DNA of 64,000 bases from Octopus sinensis. Taxonomy: Eukaryota. The stretch lies in the NCBI RefSeq assembly GCF_006345805.1, contig NC_043009.1:21142001-21206000 (forward strand). The letters run 5' to 3'. Position 1 is the stretch's first letter, and each line of letters begins with the position of its first letter. Below, one piece after another: positions 13,701-26,200 of the stretch. A program made the translations under genes and the position numbers. The notes under the pieces are model-generated. The model searched no databases. It was not told the DNA's origin and was given only the letters and a program-made list of their open reading frames with translations.

Positions 13701-16700
13701 GCACACAAATCTATACAATATCATCGCTTTAAGAGAAAAAAAAGGGGAAATCCTTTCTACAATTAATTAGTCTAAAACCAGTTTTTGATGAATTACAGTT
13801 TTACACTAATGTATTGCATCTATGGGGTTGTTTGACTAGCTAGAAATAGAAGTAAAAAAAATCTCTCAAATAACTCCTGTATCTTAAAAAAGAAAGATAT
13901 TTGAGATATTGTAGTTATGTATCTATATAAAAAGATTGGTTGGTCATATCACTGGGATACCTTTGATCAGTTTTACAGTTTTAAATGAGTTCCTGGCTGA
14001 CAAAATTCATTTGGGTTTCTAAACAACATTTTTTGAAAATACTTCAAGATTAGACATTTTCTACATAATTTACCAATAATGAGGAACAGGGTCACATGAC
14101 TTACTGTTGTGATGTTTGCTGCTTAAGATGACTGTAGTATTGAGGCCTGTTTGTGGTGATATCTGTCATGATCAGCACTGGATTAACCATTAAGCAAAAT
14201 AAGGAAGTGCTTAGGGCATCAAGGAAAGGTGGGGGTGGGGGGCACCACAAAAGTGATAGTTGGGTCACAGCACAGTGAAATCACTTTAAATTTGCTAAAA
14301 TAATATTCAAAGTCGCTTTATATAATTGGAAATATATTTATCAGATGTGTTATGTAAGATGAATTTTGAGGATCTAATCAAAGACTTTGCAATTAAAAAA
14401 ATTAGGAAAATTTTTTCAAATATAAAGTGGAAGTGTCCAAAAATAATCATTATTTTCCATCTTATTATTAGTTTTGTTGCATTTTGAAAAATAGAAATTT
14501 ATTTTGTGGTTGATTATTGTTTATATTTTGAATTGCATACACACGGGGGCACCAAAATCATATAAGTACATAGTATGCCTAGGGGTGTTAATCCACCCCT
14601 AGTTATGATTATTCATTAAGATGTGTTTGTTACACTACTTATTGCTTATCATGTCCATTTATATGGTCCTTATTGCTTACAATATCTCTTTGTTATGATG
14701 CCAATGATTATGCTTTCACTCATTTAGAGATTTTATACTCTATCGGTTTGCCACTCTTATAAGCACCAATGTCTTTGATGTCAACTAACATTAACACTTT
14801 TCATGACATGTTTGAAACTTCTCACACAAAATATTTCATGAAAATCTCATTATTCCAGGTATGATGGCGAATGATTTCAGTGAATAAAACTTCCATTAGA
14901 GTTTCAAAAAGCCATTTACCAAGTTATATTTAAAACTTCTTGATTTGTCAAGAAATGAATAAGTTATTTTTTAGTGAAATAATTAAGGACCTTTAATTAA
15001 TACCATAAAAAACCAACAAAAAAAAGCAGTACTTAATTTACTCCCTCGTTTTGAAATATTTAAGTAAATAGAAACTTGATTTAATTATTTATACGCAGAA
15101 CTGTACAGAAATGTAAACTTACAAGAATTAATTACTAAGATTTTAGAGCTTATAATCAACAAGTTAAGGCGATCTTACGGTACAAGCACCATAACTGCCA
15201 ATTATAAACCCACGTGGGTTTGTTTACATTTCTGAAGAAAAAAGACCTCTCCCCCATATATAAAAAAAAAACTTTATGGAAAGTGACAATCTTCTTCTTC
15301 AAATGTAAACAAACACACGTGGAAGTTATGGCACTTGTACCGAAAGATCGCCCTTTTGAGAAACAACTGTAACTAAAAATATGGTCAGGAGAGAATTAAT
15401 GAAAGAATTAAAAATCTACTTTACCTCTATCACATTGATTTCCGATGTAACCTGGTTGGCAGCCATTTGTGCAATAACCAGTTATATGATGACAAACACC
15501 ATCAAGGCAGCCAGAAGGACAGGATTGCTGACAATCTTCTCCATATTTGTCTTCTGAACATTCTACAATTTTAAAACAAATTCAAAAATTTTTTATTGAA
15601 TGTCAATTATTTCAAAAGTTATTTGTTATTCTTTTTTTGGAAGTTGCTAATATGAGATTTTTCAGAACTATGCTGAGAGCAGGAAGTTTGTATCCAGCAA
15701 ATATTGTCGCAGCATTTTAAAAAAAGTATAAAAATTCAATAAAGAAAGATGATTTTCACAATTTTTGCGTGACCAGAGAGACATACTGAGGCAGTTATTA
15801 ACCCTAAGAATTAATAATAAATTTTAAATATTTTCAATTGCTTGAAGTTACATTTCTTTGAAACTTTCAACAATTTAAAAATAATAAAAAAATTTTTTTT
15901 TACTTTATATGAAATATTTAAAGAAATTTGTTTCTAACGGTTTTTAAGCATCAAATCTTTTTCACCTTCACCACCACCACCATCATCAATTTTATATCCA
16001 CTTTTCCATATTTGCATGGGTCAGATGGGATTTAGTGAGGCAGATTTTCTACAGACATCAGCCATCTTCTGTTTCCAAACAAAATGTGTGTGTGTGTGTG
16101 AATGTAATACACACACATACAGATGGGTTTCTTTCAGTTGCATCTTTGCTTTGGTCAGCCTGGAGCTATCGTAGAAGACATGGGCCCAAAGTGCAGCATA
16201 GAGTCACTGAACCCGAAAGCAAGCACCTTAAACCACCACCCATATCAGAACCTTCTATAGTATACTAGACTATTCATTACCCGTTGGGTCACTAGAAAAG
16301 TCTGAGTTTCCCAGCAACAGAGTTTTGTTTCGTGGGTTTTTTTTCTTCCTTTTCCAGATTATTTTGCATGCTTTCAATGAATGTGACTTCGAAACCACGC
16401 GTAAGGAGCTCCTTTCCCCAGAAAAGGAAAGATTTAGCTGCTATTTCTTGCACGCCCTGCTACCACATAACAGGTATTTCGGGTCCTTTATCGCAAATAG
16501 CAGTTACGTGGTAGCGAGGCGTGCTAGAAATAGCAGCCAAATATTTGGAAGTGAAATACGTTGAATGCACTCGGAAAAAAACCTATGGAAAAAAATTATT
16601 TCCCACTGAGATTACAAACAGATCTTTTAGGAAATATTTACGCCAACAAGAATTTTTGTAATGGTATTCACTTGGAACATGGAACGTAAGGGGGATGAAC

Positions 16701-19700
16701 ATTGGGAAGTTGGACACCATCAAGAAGGAAATGAATCGGTTAAACATCGATATCCTGGGAGTCAGCGAAGTTCATTGGACTGGCGATGGTTTCTTCAACT
16801 CTGGTGATCATACAATGTACTTTTCGGGCAATAGCAAGACCAGACAACATGGAGTGGGATTTGTTCTATACAAGAAAATATCCAAGTGTGTTGAAAGTTA
16901 CTAGACCATGAGTGATCGAGTGATTACCATTCGCATCAAAGCCAAACCCAACAACATCACATTGCTACAAATCTACGCAGCAACTGCCGACGCCGAAGAA
17001 GATGAAATTGAACAATTCTATGCAGAAATTCAGGGCGCAATCGAGGAAACATCACGAGCAGATGTTGTGTATATTCTGGGAGATTTCAATGCCAAAATTG
17101 GAGAAAGGGCAGAAGCAGACATCGTTGGCAAATTTGGATTAGGAGAACAGAATGAAGCAGGAGATCGACTGGTCCAATTTTGTCAAGAACAACACATGTG
17201 TTTAACCAATACTTGGTTTCAGCAACCAAGAAGAAGGTTATACACTTGGATATTGCCAAGTGGACAGTACCGCAATCAAATCGACTACATCCTATGTCAG
17301 CAACGGTGGAAGAGTTCAGTCCAAGCTGTGAAGATGTTCCCTGGGGCAGACTGTGGATCTGACCATGAACTTCTGGTTGCTAAGATCAAGATGCGACTCT
17401 GCAGCATCAAGCGACCACTCGCTTACCAGAAATTTGATACCAGCAAGATCAGTCCATCATATGCCGCTGAGATCAGAAACTGCTTCGAACTGCTCGCCAT
17501 CGAAGAGAATCAAGAAGCAGAAGAAATATGGGAGAAGGTGAAGGAAATCGTTGCTGAAACAGCAGAGAAACATGTACTGTACAAGAAACCCATACGATCA
17601 GCAAAGTGGATTTCGGAGGAGGCTATTACAATAGCAGAAGAAAGAAGGAGAGCAAGGATGACCAGAAGCAGGGATGAAGTGCGGTGCCTGAATGCAATGT
17701 TCCAACAGGCCGCCAGGAAGGACAAAGAGAAATACTGGAATGAGGAATGTGCAAGGGTAGAGGAGGCATACAGGAAAGGGAACATGAGAGAACTTTACCA
17801 ACAGGTAAAGAAGACCCGTACAGCATTCATGGCCAGATAAGCAACCATCCGAGAGAAAAAAGCCCCAGGTACTGATGGTATTCCACTAGAATTACTCAAG
17901 TCAATACCAACAAAAACACTAACATTGCTTTGCCAATGAATATGGAGAACCTGTAAGTGGCCAAGGGAATGGAAGAGGTCAGTTTTCATCCCAATACCAA
18001 AGAAAAGAGATACCAAGGACTGCGCAAACTACCGTACCATCATCCTGATCCCCCATGTAAGCAAAATTCTCCTTAAAATCATCCAGAAGCGCCTGAACAC
18101 AACTATTGAGAGAGAATTGCCAGAGGTGCAAGCTGGTTTCAGAAAGGGAAGAGGCACCCGCGATCACATCACCAACCTATGGTGGATTATGGAAAAGGCA
18201 AGAGAATACCAAAAGCTGTACATGTGTTTCATCGATTACTCCAAAGCCTTTGACAGCATTGATCATTACAAGTTATGGAAATATCTGGAGGAAATGGGAA
18301 CACCTTTACACCTTGTCCAGCTTATTAGATCACTCAATCAAAACCAAGAGGCTACAGTACGGACACCATATGGCGACACTGATTGGTTTGAGATTGGAAA
18401 AGGCACTTGGCAGGGTTGCATCCTGTCACCAGCAGCCTTCAACATGTACGCTGAAAAGGTCATGAGGAATGCAGGCCTGGAGGATAGATGCATTGGAGTG
18501 AGGATTGGAAGAAGAAATATTAATAACCTTCGCTATGCAAATGATACAATCCTGCTGGGGGAAAAGTGGTAAGGATCTGGAGGATCTTGTCCTGCTGGTC
18601 AAGAAAGAGAGTGAGAAATTTGGGCTGTACCTCAATGTTAAGAAAACGAAGATCATGTCAACAGCAGCCACAACAAACATCAGCATCAAGATCGATAATG
18701 AAGAGATCGAAGTGGTTGATGATTTTATCTTCCTTGGCTCCAAAATAAATCGAGATGATGACTGCACTCCAGAAATAAGACGGCGGATAGTACTAAGCAG
18801 AGAGGCAATGGTCAGCATGAGCAGGTACTGGAAGAGTAGAAACATCAGACTCGCTACCAAATGCAGATTGGTGAATGCAATTGTCTTCCCAATAGCAACA
18901 TATGGATGCGAGACCTGGACACTAAAGAAAGCTGACCAGAAGAGAATTAATGCATTCGAGCTTTGGTGTTGGAGAAGACATTTACGGATTCCATGGACAG
19001 CGAGGCTCACCAATGGAGAAGTTCTTAAGCAGATCAGGCCGAAAATGTTGCTAGAAGCTAGGATCACCAAGCATAGATTGGCATATTTCGGTCATGTTAT
19101 GCGGAGAAAATCCCTGGAGAAGGACATCATGCTCGGAATGGTCAGTGGCAAGAGAGGAAGAGGCCGACCAAGAACCCGCAGGCTTGACACCATCAAGAGG
19201 GATACCGGAATGGACATAGCCAATAGAACTGACTAGAGGACACTGATCCAACGAGTAACCGAGAGTCGACTTCGACTGAACGGATAGATAGATTCACTTG
19301 AAAATAATTTTAAAAAAACACTGAAATATTGTCTGTTTTATAGAAAAGGTAAAATTTTACCAAAGAGAATTAAAATATAAATACTTATTGTACAAACAAC
19401 TTACATTTTTGAAATCACATTCACTTAAAAATATTACTAAATGATTAGAAGATTGTGTTTTACAAAAGCGAAAATAGAAACATTTTTCGTTGTCCAGTCA
19501 CTGTCGAAAGGTAAGAGTTACTTCCCTTGCATGATCAAGTTAATTTCGGAAATTTTTCCTATTAAGCACCATTTGAGGTATTTATACCCCGCAAACCCTT
19601 AATATCTTCCCAACTACTAATCCAATTTACGCGAAATTTATTTCATTTCGCTTGTATTTACATTTCAGAGGAAAATTAATTCATAGTATTTTCCCATTAT

Positions 19701-20202
19701 GCACCAGTTTGCCTGAGTAACATTACAAGCACGCACACACAACCCATTAGCTTTCCCCTCCTCCTCCCATTTTAGTAGCAGTCATCAGCTGTCACGGAGG
19801 TCACGAAGATATCCGAAGTGAATTGTCGAGTTGTCATGGAAACAACTGATTCCTTGTCATTGAATCGTCGAGTTAATCCGAAAGAATGACCAATCTTTTA
19901 ATGTACTATAGATTACAATATAATACAATATATTACGGAGATGTACGTGCATAGCAAGTAACCTGATCTGAGATCGTGTGCTGGAACGAAAATAATTGCA
20001 GCGTGAAAGGTGTTTATAAGCCATTTAAGAAACACACAAAAACCTCTAGATTCATTTCGACATTTAAATTTAATTTGCCAAAATATTTTCGTCGCTTTGA
20101 GACTACAACGTGTTCACTGACGAAATTCCGTGCCGCATCTCCGAGATGCAGGCTTATAAACACCTTCCACGCTGCAATTGTTTGCTAATATAATATAATA
20201 TA

Positions 20203-20237
<35 letters not shown>

Positions 20238-23200
20238 ATGAAGGGTATTAGAAATAGCACCAACATGTTAAAATGGCAGTCAAAAACAACTTGAGGCCAT
20301 AAGTTTTCCCTTATACACGAAAAGTGAATTCAGGGGAATGGGCAAAAATAACTATAAGACCCTATACAAATGACCAAAAAAAATCGTAACTTGAATAACC
20401 AGACATACCCACATAGCAGTGATTTCAAACTTTGTGAAAAGATCACTTAGTCATCCTCAGCAAGATAAGTCATAGAACTTGCGTAGCACGTCCTGTAACT
20501 GTTTTTTTCGTTTTCTTGTTTTTTGTTTTTTCGTTTTCGTGTTTTTTGTTTTTCCCGTTTCTACGTATTATTGTGGTGTCCTGTACTCACGTATAATTAT
20601 TTATATATGCATGTATATATACATGTAGATGTAGGTACGTACATATATGTTTGTATGTATGCATATATTTTTATTTATCACATATATATATATATATATA
20701 TATTAAGCTTCTTTCAGTTTCTGCCTACCAAATCTCCTCACAAGGCTACCACACAGCTGGACTGAACCTGGAACCATGTGGTTGAGAAGCAAACTTCTTA
20801 CAATACAGCTATGCCTGCTTCTTAAAGACATTTACCCCATGAAGAGTATTCTTGATTCCTTCTTAAGACCTGACCACTGCCCAGAATTTTCTCCTTGACT
20901 AGTTCACACTTTGAGCAAAAACTGGCGAAGTTTATTTTTTGTGATTCAAAAGTAAAGGCTTCATCCATTTATCCCTACCAATGCTTTTGAAATTTAATTT
21001 TCAATATCGAAAATTATTTCAAAAAGTTACGTAAAAAAGTAAACTAGCACCTAAATTTTTTGTAAAACATTTTCCATGCTTTCATTCAATCCCAGGATGG
21101 CAAAAGAATCAATAAGCTCAGTTCCCTCTCTACTTTTCCAACCTTTTGCAACAAGAAGCTTCAAAGAGAAAAATAATATTATCATTCTTGGAAAAGAGAA
21201 GCCAAAGTGAGCAGCAAGGAATGTCATTGCTATTTTAATTCCAAGTATTATAAACAGTATGATTGGATGATGGGATGTCCCTTTCTGAACAAGTTGTTCT
21301 GTTTCTTGTCATTTTGTCAACATTAAAACACAATATGGACAACGACTGGCTACTGCAATTTGCCAAAACTCTAAAATCTCAGAACCATCTGAATTCCGTA
21401 ATTGTTCTGAAAACTTTTGGCTGACAATGAACTGATACAGCGATCGATCACTGAAAAGCAACGTTGATTCAGTTTCATAATAGATCAGTAGAGAAAAACT
21501 ATGATGTATTAAAAAGTTTAATTCATTGTATTGAAATTTTGGCTCGTCAAAAATTACCATAGGACATGATGAAACAGAAGGATCAAACAATAAGGGTAAT
21601 TTTCTGACTCTATGGGGAGCAGTAGCAGAATACTGTTTAAGATCACATTTAGATTTTGTGAAGGAAAATGCAAACTGCACATTTCCTGAACTTTCAAGTG
21701 ATATTCATATTCAAAACAAGATCATTAAATGTATAGCTGCTACAATTAAAGGCAATGATTGAAAAACAAAACAACATTATTTGTTGCTTTATGTTTTATA
21801 AAACTATGGATCTTCAAATGAAATCTCACTCGTTCTGTGTTTTGTAATTTGTTGATGAGATGGAAAAACCTCGAGAAAGGTTTTTGAGGTATGCCAATGT
21901 CAGTAAAGATAGAAAAGCTGAATCACAGACAGAAGGTCAAAAATTTGTTAATGAATTCATCATTCACAGTATCTAAGTGTAATGATAACAAATATTTCAG
22001 TGTGAATGCAAATAGCTATTACTTGGTAGCAGGGCATGCTAGAAATAGCAAAAGGAGCCATTTATGTGTGATTTCAATGTCACATTTGTTGAAAGCATGC
22101 AAAATAACCTGGAAAAGAAAAAACAGACCCACGAAATAAAATTCCCTTGGTGGGAAACTTCGAGGTCCTACCACTCCTCCCACCTTTCTTTGCCAGAAGA
22201 AAGTGGATTGTGGCAGGTTTGGAGGTCAGATATGTTGAATGCCCAAAACTATGAAAAAAATTATTTCACACCGAGATATGAAATATTTATTGAAAGAATA
22301 AAATGTTGTACTGATTATACCTGTATTTTAATTAATTCAAATTGATGTACCTCATCTTGAAAAGTGGCAAAATTTTTGTCAATTGTAACCTGGGATAATT
22401 TTAGTAACAAATCAAACAGGTAAGATGCATTAAGAATTTCAATTTTAGTATTTATCCATAATGTTATTGCTTTTACACCTGCTAATCAAATTTACTCAGC
22501 AAGATCAGCTAAAATTACATAACCAGTGGTATATAAAGCACCCACTAACAAAATTAAAAATCTGTATGTAAAAAATTTACAAAGTTACAAGCAAATATTG
22601 AACCTGAATAATTCAAAATAATGTGAACAAAATAAGCATTATATTTGACAGATTCATATGAACACTAAAGATGTTTTTAGGTGTTTTTTCTTACACACAC
22701 ACACATAACACAGCCTCACTCAGTTGGGACTACATGTGTATTACTTTGACCTCATCATCCCATAAAATTTGTTTATGGGAAGAAAAATATTGAAAACTAT
22801 TAATAGATGTATGAGTAAGAAAGGTACAAGGAGGGAGGTTTCGGGATGTGCTAGAAACGACAGCCATATCGCCCTTAAATCACACATTTTCCTCTGAAAT
22901 TATTAACAATTTTCTTTAAAACCAAAAATGTTTCTCTCACAGGTTTTAAGTGCATAGTGGAAAAAAAAGGCCAAAATTGGACTGGAGTGGTAGGGGGTAG
23001 CAGAAATAAAAAAAAAATTCAAAATTTTTTCTTTTTTTTTCCAAGAAAAGATGCCTCCCGTCATTCTGAAGACTCTAGTGAAAAACATTGGAAAATGGAG
23101 AAATTCCAACTTATGTGGGCTGTCTGATTCGAAACTCTGTTTTTCAGAAATTCCTCCCTCCTGTGAACTTCCAAAAATTTTGCCAAAAATTTCTTTGTAA

Positions 23201-26200
23201 TTGTAATCTACACTCTTTGAAAAGTATTTATATAAAATGTCATTAAAAAATACCTATTTTCCAGAAAGTTATGAGGGGCGAAATGTAGGGCCCTGTGACA
23301 CACACACACACACTTACATGTGTACATACATACGTCATGTTCATCCATCAGAATGACCGGGACCATTTAGCCATCCTTCATTCTTAAGGGTCACCGATAA
23401 CCTCTCTGATGACTTTGTTTAAAGTGAAGAAAAATTGTGCATGGTCAACTTTATTCTCTCACCTGTGACCCTCTTCAATCCAATCATAAGACCAGGTGAA
23501 GATGACTGGAGATGGAGATAGATGCAGTAGATGACCAAGATGCCTTACTTGCCTTATCTTGCCCTCTGTACTTTACAAGACATTGCTTCAGCCACCTTCT
23601 GTTGACCCATGAAAGTTTCTTCATGAAAAGAGTCTGCCAGAACTAGTCATCATCACATGCATAGGTAGGCAAGCCCTAGTATGCTAATTAATCCATAACT
23701 GGGGCCTTGACAGGTGCTACTACTCCTGGTCAAAGTATATCTGGGATTAAGAAGTGGGTCCACACACTGCAAAACCTTGGAACTCCCAAATCAGGGCCTC
23801 TCTACAGGATACAGTTTAAAGTCACACTCTGGACAAGTATGTGGGGGGAAAATTGATTAAAGCTTTTAACTCTGTGCCACACAAAAGACTTATGGTGAAG
23901 CTTTCTGCGTTGGGTGTAAGAGACGAACTCTATAACTGGTTAAAGTCCTTTATTTTCGGCCGAAAAGAGGTTGTTACAGTTCTAGGACAGCACTCTTCGC
24001 CCTATGAGATGACATCTGGTGTGCCGCAGGGATCTGTTCTTGGCCCCCTTTTATTTGTTGCATATGTTAATGACATAGATGCCAACTTAAAGAATGCCAC
24101 AGTGCTGAAATATGCAGATGACATCAAGCTGTACCTCGAAATAAAGAGGTCAAATCCTGTACACTATGGATCTCTATTGCAAGCAGACCTGGACACAGTG
24201 CAGCAGTGGATCATGGACTGGCAACTCAAGCTGGCTGTGGACAAATGTACCACCATACATTTTGGGAGGAGAAACCCAGTGTCCACCTACTCCCTCCACA
24301 ACACTAGTCTCAAAAAGTCTTCAAGTGAACGCGACCTGGGTGTTATTGTCGACAGTGATTTGCGTTGGACAAAACACATCACTAAAATTGTCAAGAAGGC
24401 TGAGGGTGTCTTGGCATCACTCACCAAATCCTTTGTGAGCCGCTCTCCAGCTACCTATCTGTGGCTTTATATAGCTATGGTAAGACCTCACCTGGAATTT
24501 GCATCACCGGTCTGGAACCCCTATCTTGCCCAGGACATCAATCGTCTGGAAGCTGTTCAGCGACGTGCAACCAAAAGAATACCCTCCATCAGGCATTTGC
24601 CATATCCTGAACGCCTTACTTCCCTGGGCATGGACACATTGAAACTCTGACGTCTGGCAGCTGACTTGGCAGACACCCATAAAATTATCAACCATCGCAC
24701 AAACAATAACTCTGAGCACCTCTTCAAACTCCACCCATCTAACACCCGTGGACATATTTACAAAGTAAGAAAACAGCACAGCTCCCATGACTTCAGGAAA
24801 CATTTTTTCACGCTGAGAGTTGCTGAAGCGTGGAACAAACTGCCGGCATCGGTTGTTAGTTGTCGGAGCACTGCATCCTTCAAAACTTCCATGCTTCCTG
24901 AGATTCGCCAACACTACACTTGATTTTCTCCCCTCCATACACACACAAGCATGTTCACTTTCCAGACATTTCTACATTACTGCATGTACTTTATATGCAC
25001 TTTCTGACAAGTTGTGGGGCACCTGAGCACTGTATACAATAATTTCATTATTATTATTCATATAGAAATACTCGGCAGTATTAACGTCCAGGAGAGTTAT
25101 CTTTCCTTACATTGGTGTCTCTTTTGCACTTTGTATCTTAGAACAAGGATGAAATAAATATCAAAGTATTTCAATTGATATAATTGACAAAAATCTTTGA
25201 AAGTGATGCTCCAGTATGGCCATAGGCTAATGAGTAAAACCAATAAAAGAATTACAAGTAGACTTAGCATCAAAATAAAAGACTGTGAATGTTTTAAGAG
25301 ATTGGGGAAATAAGCAACAACAAAAACAAAGACTTTGTTTTTATCTAAAACTAAAATTTATCAGAAAGACGACTTACTTGTGTAACAGTTGCTGCCTTTC
25401 CAGCCAGGAATACAACCACCAAGACAATCACCATTAGTGGAATTACATTTTGTCGGTCTCTTGCAGTGACATTCTCTGCTGCAGTTTTCAGAAAACCACC
25501 CACTGTTGCAATCTGAATGGTCAACAACAAATTGGAAGTGTAAGATGAAACAAGTTTACAACTAGGAGAGGTTAGGGTTAGGGTTCATTTATAACTGCAA
25601 CACTAAAAACTTAATTATGTGCCTTAAAATATAGAAGTATGGAAATAAATCATAGGAAGGCTAACTGGGAAGGTAGTCTTTGTATGTGGCAGATGCTCAG
25701 GAGCAATAAACACTGAAAATGTGCAGAGAACAACTTCCGCCACATTCCAGGGAGAAAAACCAAATTTAGTTGATAGCTTCCGTTACCTAGGTGACCAACT
25801 CAGTAGTGGGGGAGGGTGCGCTGAAAGTGTAGCTGCTAGAATAAGAATAGCCTGGGTAAAGTTCAGAGAGCTCTTACCTCTGCTGATCACAAAGGGCCTC
25901 TCACTCAGAGTAAAAGGTAGACTGTATGACGCATGTATACGAACATGGGCTGTGACTGCTGAGGACATGCATAAGCTTGCAAGGAATGAAGCCAGTATGC
26001 TCTGCTGGATGTGTAATGTCAGTGTGCATACTTGACAGAGTGTAAGTGCCTTGAGAGAAAAGTTGGACCTAAGGAAGCATCAGATGTAGTGTGCAAGAGA
26101 GACGACTGCGCTGGTATGGTCATGTGGCGAGAATGGAAGAGGATAGCTGTGTGAAAAAGTGCCACACCCTAGCAGTTGAGGGAACTTGTGGAAGAGGTAG

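Noticed and set aside
15484-15546. Signal-peptide-like [20 protein letters not shown] on the minus strand
   Set aside because: It is an alternative frame of the EGF exon 15425-15562 and ends in a stop after 20 codons; the Cys-patterned frame has matching splice sites.
17510-19070. Long minus-strand ORFs overlapping the RTE (also 24504-24944, 55709-56158, 57849-58316)
   Set aside because: Antisense shadows of transposon coding sequence.
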